From Promethearchaeota archaeon (GTDB taxonomy: Archaea > Asgardarchaeota > Heimdallarchaeia > Hodarchaeales > Hodarchaeaceae), in the NCBI GenBank assembly GCA_048938105.1, contig JBHLMN010000023.1:32001-96000 (forward strand): 64,000 nucleotides of DNA. Direction: 5' to 3'. The position numbers were made by a program, and so were the translations under genes. Each line of letters starts with the position of its first letter. The stretch's first letter is position 1. The notes under the pieces are model-generated. The model was not told where the DNA came from. It made no database searches and saw only the letters and a list, made by a program, of their open reading frames with translations. Shown in pieces: positions 1 to 9,040 of the stretch.

Positions 1-751
1 AAATACTGAAACAACAATCGAATAAATCACTGATCTTTTTACCTTCAGCTTTAACCATCTCTGGGATTCCATGATAAGGGCCCCCAAAGGCAATTAAAAG
101 CCTCTTCTTGCTGATAATTTCGACAGAAAATGATGATAATGGTTGACAAGATTTAGAAGTAGCAATTTTAAATTCAGATCTATTTATAAGAAGTTTTCCA
201 AGAGTTGTTGCAGACGGATGGACAGAAAATCCCCAGTATATATTTTTTGGGGGATTATCAAGGACAATTGCTTTGTACCCTTCCTTTGTTCTTTGAATTT
301 TTGTTGTGACTCTTATAGTTTTATTTGAAAGCGATCTTTTAGGAGGAGAAAGCACTTCAAGGAGCTGTGTCCCTCCAACGTCTGCAACAACGCGATTTTG
401 ATTAAGAAAAATAGCTGCTTCTCTAATTTCGTTTGGTTTTAACTCCCGTGAACGAATGTGGTGTGGTGTTGCCAAAGGAGAAAGAATACCAACAGCAGAA
501 GTATCACGAGAAAGAGGAAACAGCCTCTTTCGAAGATATTGAGGACATTCAATATATTCAAGAATTCTAGTGATGATACGTCTTTCACGGTTTGAACGAG
601 AGGGTTTTAAAAAGGGATCATGAAAGATAAGTATATCTTGGGCCATGAAAATTGCAGCGATCCGTGCAATCTGAAAAATCTTTTCAGTTTTTGAACGAAG
701 ATCATTACAATCAGTGACAGCTGAATCTGGAATAGCAATTGTAAGTAACAA
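1..751 (-). CDS. SPOUT-family putative RNA methyltransferase (DUF171/C9orf114-like); 3' end runs off the window
   Basis: Not in the ORF track. Manual translation gives LLLTIAIPDSAVTDCNDLRSKTEKIFQIARIAAIF...ILEYIECPQYLRKRLFP...GILSPLATPHH...LLIAFGGPYHG. Probable TTG start at 751. Confidence 0.8.
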   Translation of the reverse strand, partial: MLLTIAIPDSAVTDCNDLRSKTEKIFQIARIAAIFMAQDILIFHDPFLKPSRSNRERRIITRILEYIECPQYLRKRLFPLSRDTSAVGILSPLATPHHIRSRELKPNEIREAAIFLNQNRVVADVGGTQLLEVLSPPKRSLSNKTIRVTTKIQRTKEGYKAIVLDNPPKNIYWGFSVHPSATTLGKLLINRSEFKIATSKSCQPLSSFSVEIISKKRLLIAFGGPYHGIPEMVKAEGKKISDLFDCCFSI

Positions 752-816
752 AGGGAGATTTCACTTCTGGTGTTCAAAATGGATATGTATAAATCTAGAG
801 GAACCAATAAATTATG

Positions 817-1704
817 TTAAGTTAGTGTTTTTTCGTAATATGAGTCAACATAAGCTCTAATTACATCCTTTTGATTGATAATTCCAAGAAGTTTACCATC
901 TGCACTTACCACAGGGAGTTGGTCGAATTGTTTTGAGCTCATTTTTCTCGAAACATCACTGATTGTACTACCTTTGTAACAAACTTCAACATTTCGTTCC
1001 ATTATCTCGCCAACTCTCATGTTAGGAGGTAAAGTTAATGTTTTAGAGCCAATTATCAAAACTGATTCGCTATCCCAAGAGGAGCTGTCATTTTCTGCAC
1101 CGTGGCCTGTACGGCTCTTACTTTGAGAGTCGAGAATTTCTGCTACCTTAAGAAAATCATGTTGGGTTATTATTCCTACCATTTTCGATTCATTTATTAC
1201 TGGGATTCCTTTTTGATGACTCAAACGAAGTACCATAGCTGCATCAGGAAGTGGGGTTCCTTCCCAAATGGTTGTAATATTGGGAGAAAAATAGTTTTCA
1301 ACATCAGATAGGATTTTAGCTGGTACAATAACTTTTTTTACAATATCATTCCGCGAAACAATGCCAACAAGGGACTTACCATCTTTTTCATCTACAATGG
1401 GGATTCGCTGAAAAACCTCTCTGACAAAAATACGCGCAGCAGTAATGGCTTTATCACTAGGTTTGAGTGTGACAACATCTCGAACCATTAATAACGAAAT
1501 CTGGGTTTCATCAGGATTTCTGAAAAGATCAGAGCGTGAAACAATTCCAACAAGTTCTTTCGAGTCTTTTTTCAAAACAGGATATACACTTAGACCTGTT
1601 TTTCGGATTTCATCTAATAGAATGTCCCTATTCCCAGGAATGGTCATTGTAACAAGATCTTCTCTCTTCGTCATAATTCTGGAAATTTGGATGTCTTTTG
1701 CCAT
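817..1704 (-). CDS. CBS-domain protein (two CBS pairs)
   Basis: Four CBS repeats (LVGIVSRSDL, LVGIVSRNDI, MVGIITQHDF, LLGIINQKDV). ATG at 1704 preferred over 1743. Confidence 0.9.
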   Translation of the reverse strand: MAKDIQISRIMTKREDLVTMTIPGNRDILLDEIRKTGLSVYPVLKKDSKELVGIVSRSDLFRNPDETQISLLMVRDVVTLKPSDKAITAARIFVREVFQRIPIVDEKDGKSLVGIVSRNDIVKKVIVPAKILSDVENYFSPNITTIWEGTPLPDAAMVLRLSHQKGIPVINESKMVGIITQHDFLKVAEILDSQSKSRTGHGAENDSSSWDSESVLIIGSKTLTLPPNMRVGEIMERNVEVCYKGSTISDVSRKMSSKQFDQLPVVSADGKLLGIINQKDVIRAYVDSYYEKTLT

Positions 1705-1812
1705 AAGTTTCCACCTATTGATCAATTTTATTTTGTTTCTCAACGAAAATTGGTTTTCTCTATTTCCCCAATCAAGAAATGAAAGGAAAACAAGATAAGA
1801 GTAAAAACCAAG

Positions 1813-1998
1813 CTAAGCATTAAGTTGGAGCAAATTTAAGATTAAAATTATTGCTATAAATGCGATAGCTATCGCAACAGTCCAATATGGCCCCATCTTT
1901 AAACCTGGTGAGTCTGATTCTGAATAAAACCTTATTAATCCAGCTCCAGTTGCAGGCATCGGAGAATCATCTCGTCGCTTAGCTTTTCTAACACTCAA
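1813..1998 (-). CDS. Preprotein translocase subunit Sec61beta
   Basis: MPATGAGLIRFYSE..PGLKMGP followed by a single C-terminal TM helix. Confidence 0.92.
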   Translation of the reverse strand: MSVRKAKRRDDSPMPATGAGLIRFYSESDSPGLKMGPYWTVAIAIAFIAIILILNLLQLNA

Positions 1999-2225
1999 TA
2001 TTAAAACCCACTTTATTTTTAGATATTCATAGAGATCTGCTTATTGTGACCTACTTCAATAATCATTATAAAGTTTTATATAATTACCACTTTTTTCTGG
2101 GATTTGAGAAATAATCTTATTTTATTGTTTTGACAATCAAGTACCATTTTCATGTAATTCTTGAGTTTTCTAGTACTGTTATCACATAACATCGAATTTC
2201 TCTTTAATCGTAATATGAAAGGATT

Positions 2226-2999
2226 TTAATGGAAAATTCGGGTATAAAATCTGCTTACTCGCCACCACATCCAATCTAACCAGTCTGCAAATTGATCAAT
2301 GATCGGAACATCGAATTTCTCAATAACAAAAGCAAATAAGATGGTTCCGAAAAAACCAATGATCTTAGACGAGACATCATGAGCCCAATAAAATGCTTCG
2401 TTAGGATCCATTTGAAACTGCATAATTAAGATATAAACACACCATAAATGGAATGTGATTCGGAGAGCATTTCCAATGAAGAGTACGGAAAAGAAAGCAA
2501 TACTAGCACGGATTTTAGCGATCCATGGAGCTTCAGTTACCATGATGATAGCAATTAGTAATCCACCGGCCTGCATTCCTGTGCATGCTTTGACTATCCA
2601 GTAATCTCCGTCTGGAATAGGGTCCGGGTATGAAATTCTAATACCTGGCGTGTGAATCGTAGCTTCGAGGAAAGGGAAGGATCCTCCCCTCAGTGATTCA
2701 GGGATGATAGTATTGGGGTCAACATTAGGGATAAGGGTGTTTTCAATTCCTATTATGTTTAATAATGTATGTATAATATCTCGAGTGGGAATCTCAATGA
2801 ATACCCAATCAGGAAGCGTATACAACAAAAAAGTAATGAGCGTTGCTATCCCCAACGTCATTAACATAAGTTTGTCATCATGAAATCGTTTTGAAACAGT
2901 TTTGACGGGCTCATGTTGAGATTTGGGTGTAATTTTGTCCAAAGTTTTTATATCAGAGGGATAAGCAGGAGTCGATGATGTATGTGTATCGCTAGTCAT
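2226..2999 (-). CDS. Archaeosortase/exosortase family membrane protein
   Basis: Multi-TM protein with a Cys-Arg-His triad in context: IVKACTG, GNALRI, WAHD. Confidence 0.82.
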   Translation of the reverse strand: MTSDTHTSSTPAYPSDIKTLDKITPKSQHEPVKTVSKRFHDDKLMLMTLGIATLITFLLYTLPDWVFIEIPTRDIIHTLLNIIGIENTLIPNVDPNTIIPESLRGGSFPFLEATIHTPGIRISYPDPIPDGDYWIVKACTGMQAGGLLIAIIMVTEAPWIAKIRASIAFFSVLFIGNALRITFHLWCVYILIMQFQMDPNEAFYWAHDVSSKIIGFFGTILFAFVIEKFDVPIIDQFADWLDWMWWRVSRFYTRIFH

Positions 3000-3202
3000 A
3001 AGATTCTATCTTCTGTTAAATAATTAAGATTGAATGAAACGAATTGCCTTTATTTAAATTATTTTTTCTTCGAAGGAAGAAACTAATTGAGGCAGAATCT
3101 TTTTTCACGTTGACCATACAAACATATCATTCGACATCTTCGATACGGAAGGTCGTACTCGTCCACAAGAAAATGGTTAAAAAGTAAATCCTAGTTTATG
3201 CT

Positions 3203-4906
3203 TCAAGACGACTGAAATTGCTTAGGATCTTTTAAACAATACCAACCGAATTTTACGGTGCAAATATCTTTTTCTACTAACTCTCTTAACACTTGCTTTA
3301 TTTGCTCCTTGGGTAGTTTGACATCAGATGTCAGAAGATTTGATTGTGCTTTATAATGGGGCCTTTGTAAAAGAGCTTTGATTACTTGTTCCTCAGATGG
3401 AGTAAGACTTAACCCTTTTGGTATTTTATATTTCACAGACTCCTTGACTTGATCAAGTGTCGAGCCTCGTTTGTGTTCTAGGATATTTTTATCCTTTAGA
3501 ATATACCAACCATAGGAAACACGTAAAATTCCTTTTTCAACCAAGTTCCTTAAAACTTCTTTTAAAATACTCTGTTTTAACCCAGTTGGCCGTGTTAGGA
3601 GATTTGATTGCGCTTTAAGGTTTGGTCTTGATTTAATTGCCTTAATAGTAGCAATTTCTTCAGGTGTCAATCCTTCACCCACACGGGAAATACGAGGAGA
3701 CTTCTTTTTTTTCTTCTTTTTCTCGCCATCGCTGAAGGTTTTCTTAAAGAAGGGTAAATGGCTTTTCTTAATAATATACCATCCTACCTGGGTTCGAAGA
3801 AGACCTTTTGATATTAGGGATCGTAAAAGTGTTTCTGCTTTATCAATAGGGATACCTAAATCCTTAGCTAAAATTTCTGGCTTTGTTCGATGTTTGATCC
3901 TCATATAAGTACGTTCTAATATCTCCATTTCTATTTCTGTAGGTAAATCTTCTTCCCAGTTATCACGTCTAAATAATGAAGTTGTTTGTTTTAAATAAGG
4001 TTTGATATTACTTGAGTAGGCTTTTTGAGGAGGTTTGGGATGGAAGAGATCTCCTTCTAGATCCTCAGTGGATATTCCGACGTCATTGAATTTTTCATTC
4101 AGAAAATCTTCCTCTCCTTGCGCTCTGTCAAGATCATTCTCTTTATAATCGATAATGCCTCTATCAGTTGCAGATGAACTCTCTGTAATTATTTCTGAAG
4201 TTTTTCTCTCAATAGTTGAGGGTAGAGGAAAGGATTTTATCACTTCATTCTCTGTTACATCTTCGGATTGAGAGGGGTCAATATCACTTGATTGATCTAA
4301 ATATTCTGGCGATGTACTCGATTGAAGCTTCGGAAGTACCTGTTCTTGTTGAAAGGTAGTTTTTTTAGCAGGACTTTCAGAAACAATGGTTTGTGGCGTT
4401 GTTGGTGGGCGTATAGTTTGAGTACGAGTTTGTGGTTTAATTATTTGTCGAGCTTGTAATTGAGGTCTTTTAGACTCAATTTTTTCAGGACTGAAAATAA
4501 GTGTTTTTTGAGTCGTTGTAATAGAGTAGTGTTGAGTCTCGAAGAGAGTGATAACATGATTTATCAATGTTTCAAACGGTGGACCAATCCCCTCGGTTTC
4601 AACAATGAGAGATTCACCTGCTTCTGTTTTAAGGTAATGTTTTACCTTGATCTTCTTTAAACCCAGCTGATTCAATTGAAAAAATTCTTGGATTTCTCGG
4701 TTCATAACAGTCGATTCATTACCATGAATTTCAAGAATGTAATGTTGCTCTTGACGGTTTTCCTCGATATAAAAAACAAGAGTTGGAAAATCCGGAATCC
4801 TAGGTGTGGCGTGAACGGAATTCTCTATGAATTCAATTTCACGAAATCGGCCTCGCGCTTTCAAGAAATTCACAAAATCATTTAAAACAGTATTTTGCCG
4901 GAACAA
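3203..4906 (-). CDS. Hypothetical protein: N-terminal globular domain, long disordered linker, three C-terminal winged-helix repeats
   Basis: 567-aa ORF with three ~60-aa repeats L(T/P)xxE..I...LRxL(I/V)xK(G/D)......GWY and an S/T/E/P-rich middle. Confidence 0.7.
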   Translation of the reverse strand: MFRQNTVLNDFVNFLKARGRFREIEFIENSVHATPRIPDFPTLVFYIEENRQEQHYILEIHGNESTVMNREIQEFFQLNQLGLKKIKVKHYLKTEAGESLIVETEGIGPPFETLINHVITLFETQHYSITTTQKTLIFSPEKIESKRPQLQARQIIKPQTRTQTIRPPTTPQTIVSESPAKKTTFQQEQVLPKLQSSTSPEYLDQSSDIDPSQSEDVTENEVIKSFPLPSTIERKTSEIITESSSATDRGIIDYKENDLDRAQGEEDFLNEKFNDVGISTEDLEGDLFHPKPPQKAYSSNIKPYLKQTTSLFRRDNWEEDLPTEIEMEILERTYMRIKHRTKPEILAKDLGIPIDKAETLLRSLISKGLLRTQVGWYIIKKSHLPFFKKTFSDGEKKKKKKKSPRISRVGEGLTPEEIATIKAIKSRPNLKAQSNLLTRPTGLKQSILKEVLRNLVEKGILRVSYGWYILKDKNILEHKRGSTLDQVKESVKYKIPKGLSLTPSEEQVIKALLQRPHYKAQSNLLTSDVKLPKEQIKQVLRELVEKDICTVKFGWYCLKDPKQFQSS

Positions 4907-5232
4907 CTTAAAACATTTCCCTGATTACAGAATAAAGCCCGACAACAAAAAGACAATAGGCAGAATCCGACTAGAAGCTCTTTTATATCGTCTTGAAAAA
5001 CTTTTTGGTGATTTTGAGAAAAATCCTAGCTATTTAAGAGACATCAGCATTATAATGCTTGTAATCTTGGTTTTTTCAGATATTATACGAGGTGAAATTA
5101 GGATTCTTAACTTTAAGTTATCCTCGTATTGTAAATAAAGAGAATGGTTTTGAGGAATGGTTAGGAAAGTAAAACTTCAATACAAATCATTTTTAGATGA
5201 AAAATTGAATAAATTGAGAATGAAAGAGAATA

Positions 5233-5697
5233 TTAGTAAGATTTATTCAATAGTTTAAGGCGAATTTCTTCTAACGTTAAATTCTCAATTTCTTTTCGAA
5301 GATAATTAGGCACTGTAAAGATCCAATTATTTAGCTTCTTGGAATTCAACTGATCAGGATGTTGGAGAACTTCTTCCCACACAGAAACATAGTCATGTAA
5401 TGGAATTCCTAAAGGTGTTGTATAAATCTTTGGCCCTGGTTCTTGAAGAAAGTGTTGTTCTGGTGAAATCCGATTTTGATTGGGAAGATTTTTTTCAAGG
5501 GTTTCAAATCTTTCTACTAGACCAAAATGATAAAGCTCTCCTAGAATTGCAATTACTGTTTGTATATCAGCATCAATGTTTTGCAAAGATTTTGTAATCT
5601 GAGGTATTGTTAGCTGTTTTTTTGTCAGTAATTTCAATATTGGTATTGAAAGTGGATTATCCAACAACTTTGCTATCTTGTTATGAATCTGCATCAT
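5233..5697 (-). CDS. Winged-helix (ArsR-like) protein
   Basis: LLDNPLSIPILKLLTKKQLTIPQITKSL...ILGELYHFGLVE pattern. Confidence 0.6.
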   Translation of the reverse strand: MMQIHNKIAKLLDNPLSIPILKLLTKKQLTIPQITKSLQNIDADIQTVIAILGELYHFGLVERFETLEKNLPNQNRISPEQHFLQEPGPKIYTTPLGIPLHDYVSVWEEVLQHPDQLNSKKLNNWIFTVPNYLRKEIENLTLEEIRLKLLNKSY

Positions 5698-5945
5698 TCG
5701 AAAGAAAAATCAATTTAGTATATTAAATATGATCTAAATATTCATAAGAATTTATTTGCATTATAAAAAGACAACTTAAATACATTGTCATAAAATCCAA
5801 TATAGAGTGCAAATATCAAAGAAAAAGGAGAAAAGATAAGAGCAGCTAAGCGATATCTATGTTAACTATTCTTATAAGTAATTCATAACATTCAGGCACA
5901 CTTTTTATATGATCAAGCAAATAAAAGGAGATAATAGAGGAAACA

Positions 5946-6659
5946 ATGATGGTAGAAGAAGCACCCGTTGGAAGTGATGTTATTGTTGAATGTATCGATT
6001 TAAAAAAATCTTATATTCTAGGAGAAGTGAAAGTGGAGGCACTAAGAGGGATCAATATGGAAATACAGAGGGGAGAAATGGTTGCTATCCAAGGGCCTTC
6101 TGGTTGCGGTAAAACAACCTTACTGAATATCATTGGATCATTAGATTCTCCAACTTCTGGGAAAGTTCTTCTTGAGGGGAGAGAAATATCTAATGCATCA
6201 GAGCGTGAACTCACAGAAATCCGTAGAAAAAGTGTGGGATTTATTTTCCAGTTTTACAATCTACTTCCAGTCTTAACTGCACTGGAGAATGTTGAGCTTC
6301 CAATGCTGATAGCAGGAATATCTAAAACGAAGAGACATGAGAGAGCAATAGATTTATTAGGAAAAGTGGATTTACTTGACAGGAAAGATCATAAACCTGA
6401 CGAATTGAGTGGTGGAGAGCGTCAGAGAGTAGCAATAGCACGTGCTCTAGCAAACAATCCTTTAATTCTTTTAGCAGACGAACCTACTGGAGATTTAGAT
6501 ACAGAAACAGGGGAAACAATTTTAGAAGAACTAAGAAGGGTTAACAAAACAGAGAACCAAACACTCGTGATAGTAACTCATGATACAAGTATAGCAAAAA
6601 AAGCTCAACGTATTTTTCATATTAAAGATGGAGTTATAGTTTCTGTGGAAAAGAACTAA
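5946..6659 (+). CDS. ABC transporter ATP-binding protein, LolD/MacB family
   Basis: Walker A GPSGCGKT, signature LSGGERQRVAIARAL, Walker B LLADEPTG, H-loop VTHD. Confidence 0.95.
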   Translation: MMVEEAPVGSDVIVECIDLKKSYILGEVKVEALRGINMEIQRGEMVAIQGPSGCGKTTLLNIIGSLDSPTSGKVLLEGREISNASERELTEIRRKSVGFIFQFYNLLPVLTALENVELPMLIAGISKTKRHERAIDLLGKVDLLDRKDHKPDELSGGERQRVAIARALANNPLILLADEPTGDLDTETGETILEELRRVNKTENQTLVIVTHDTSIAKKAQRIFHIKDGVIVSVEKN

Positions 6660-6675
6660 TATCCCCTTGTTAATC

Positions 6676-7650
6676 TCAAATAAGTAACGTTCTTAGTGAA
6701 TCATTTCCTGTTCTTTTGGATTCAGCGTCCAGAATCTTCACTAGCTCTTTAAAACGATTCCTTATTGTCACAGGAGTGATTTTAGCTATGTTTGCGATCT
6801 CCTGTTGTGTTCTTCGCTCACCAGTCTGAATAGTAGAGATGTAAAGCGCAGCTGCAGCGAGACTCATGGGATTCTTACCGACAGTAGCTCCTTTTGATCG
6901 TGCAATGTTGAGAATAACAACAGCTTGTCTCCGCGCTTTCATTGTAACACGAAGACTAATGCCCAAACGATGCACTAACGCGGAGTAGTCGCTTGGGAAC
7001 ACCTTTAAATCTAGCTTTTGGAGAATTATTCGAATACAACGTCCAAGTTCTTTGGATGAAATATTAGACACCGAAGCGATATCTTTTAAAGTTTGAGGTA
7101 ACTTCTTTCTTCGACAGGCTAAATAAAGACTAGCTGAGATCATACCATCAATCGAACGGCCCCGAATGAGATTTTTCTTCAACGCTTTTCGATATATCAT
7201 TGCCCCCATTTCAGCAACATCTTCAGGTAGCTCCAACTGACTTTTAATACGTTTTAGCTCTTTTAGGGCGAATCTAAGGTTTCGTATTTCTGATTTTCTG
7301 GTACGATTGTCAATTCGCGATAAACGTCGATATTTAGTTTGAGAGGAAAAGGGTAATGTCCTACCAGTAATGTCTTTTCTGATATTCCCAATCTGAGTCC
7401 GTAATCCCATTTCCGCTTTTAAGGGAGTGATCGGACTTCCCGTACGGGAACGTTCTGCGAGCTCATTGGAATTATAGGCTCTCCATTCAGGCCCCATATC
7501 AATTTGCATATCTAAAACGAGACCACAAGATGCACAAATAGATGTTCCTTTGGTAGAGTCTACAACAATATCAGTACTACCACATTCAGGACATTTTGGC
7601 TCTCGTGATGAAAGAGGTGGCAAAAGAGGGCCCTCCGGAAATTTATACAA
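6676..7650 (-). CDS. tfb: Transcription initiation factor IIB
   Basis: Zn ribbon CPECG...CASCG, B-reader GPEWRAY, and two cyclin repeats (LIRGRSI, GKNPMSLAAAALY, TIRNRFKEL). Confidence 0.95.
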   Translation of the reverse strand: MYKFPEGPLLPPLSSREPKCPECGSTDIVVDSTKGTSICASCGLVLDMQIDMGPEWRAYNSNELAERSRTGSPITPLKAEMGLRTQIGNIRKDITGRTLPFSSQTKYRRLSRIDNRTRKSEIRNLRFALKELKRIKSQLELPEDVAEMGAMIYRKALKKNLIRGRSIDGMISASLYLACRRKKLPQTLKDIASVSNISSKELGRCIRIILQKLDLKVFPSDYSALVHRLGISLRVTMKARRQAVVILNIARSKGATVGKNPMSLAAAALYISTIQTGERRTQQEIANIAKITPVTIRNRFKELVKILDAESKRTGNDSLRTLLI

Positions 7651-8443
7651 ATTTCTTGAAAAAGCTTTTAAATGTCTATTGGCTTAGTATCGAAAATTCT
7701 TTGTTTGCTAGCTATAACATATTCAATATATGACCATTTTTGTTTCAAAAATAATGTTCTATTCTAGATTATATGATTTAAATTCTGCTCTAAAGGCAAG
7801 ACGACGGGATTCTGCTTTATATCATTGCTAAACCATAATAGAAATCTCCCTCAACATTCTTCTTAAGTGTCATTCCCATGAATTCATTGATGGCGAGGCT
7901 TACCACTCTCTATTAACGAATGGGTAATGTGTTAAGTTTATTACGTTCTGGGTATAGTCAATTTGGATTATTATTTCAGGGAGTCCAAAAAACGATTTCT
8001 TAATCGAAGAGTTTTTGGAAAGTTGGTATCAGGAGGCTAAGAATCGGATGAAACTAATTTGGCTTTGTGAGATAGTGAAATCCTGAACAGAGTTATCAGA
8101 AAAATACACTGATTTACAACTAAACAAGTACCTACAAAAGGAGAAAAAATAATTAATTCCTGATCTATCCCTTCACGCTCTGGTATAATTAATTCTAAAT
8201 CAAACAAATATAGTAAAAATTCGTTAAATGGATTCCTGAAAAAGTATAAAACCAATGGGAAAAAAATTCTTAAAATTAAAGAAAATACTCAGTGTAGGTA
8301 CATTATTTTCATGTTCATTTATAAACTATTTAAACCAAAGTATTTAAACTTTTGAGAAAACACTAGAGAATGTCTAATTACTCTCCATTCTTCTCATTAT
8401 ATCCAATTTGTGGTCTTATGATTAATTTATTTTGGTGAGGTTC

Positions 8444-9040
8444 GTGTCTAACGATTCAGAAAGAGATGACCTCTTTGCAGAGGTACAAAATGTAGTTGCT
8501 TCAGTTGATTTACGATGTAAGATCAAATTAGAAAAAGCAGCTAGCCGTTTACCTGGTGATGTTCAGGTGTCCTATATCCCCGAACAATTTCCAGGTGTTG
8601 TTGTAAAGATCAAGAAACCAAAGGTTTCGATATTAGTTTTTTCCTCAGGTAAATTGGTTGTCACAGGAGCAAAATCAGTCCCTATGATTGAAGAAGCGGT
8701 TGAAGTAATTTCAGAATTGTTAAGACAAGCTGGCCATAATGTTAAACACGAGGCTACCATCACTGTACAGAATATTGTTGCATCGGGAACCTTGGGAAAA
8801 CGAATCAATTTAGAACTCGCTGCTTTATTATTAGAACATTCTATGTATGAACCCGAGCAATTTCCTGGCCTGATCTATCGAATGCAGGATCCTAAGGTTG
8901 TACTTCTTCTTTTTCAATCTGGAAAACTAGTTTGTACTGGCGCAAAAAAGGAAGAGTACGTATATCAGTCAATTCAGAAGATCTATGGGATTCTCGAAGA
9001 GATTGACGCGTTTGAGGTCAGTGGGATGCAGTTTTCGTGA
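8444..9040 (+). CDS. tbp: TATA-box binding protein
   Basis: Two TBP repeats (QNVVAS..PEQFPG..VFSSGKLVVTGAK; QNIVAS..YEPEQFPGL..LFQSGKLVCTGAK). GTG start at 8444 after a GGTGAGG RBS. Confidence 0.97.
   Translation: MSNDSERDDLFAEVQNVVASVDLRCKIKLEKAASRLPGDVQVSYIPEQFPGVVVKIKKPKVSILVFSSGKLVVTGAKSVPMIEEAVEVISELLRQAGHNVKHEATITVQNIVASGTLGKRINLELAALLLEHSMYEPEQFPGLIYRMQDPKVVLLLFQSGKLVCTGAKKEEYVYQSIQKIYGILEEIDAFEVSGMQFS

Noticed and set aside
3100-3175. GC-richer 3'-UTR hairpin (CGAC-CTTC...GAAG-AT-GTCG on the minus strand) as a SECIS or sRNA
   Set aside because: No in-frame UGA selenoprotein candidate is adjacent, the SECIS or C/D motifs are unconvincing, and the stem is short.
8037-8255. 72-aa ORF in the tfb-tbp spacer
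   Set aside because: It has no recognisable motif and a composition typical of random AT-rich sequence. It cannot be supported, though it is not excluded.
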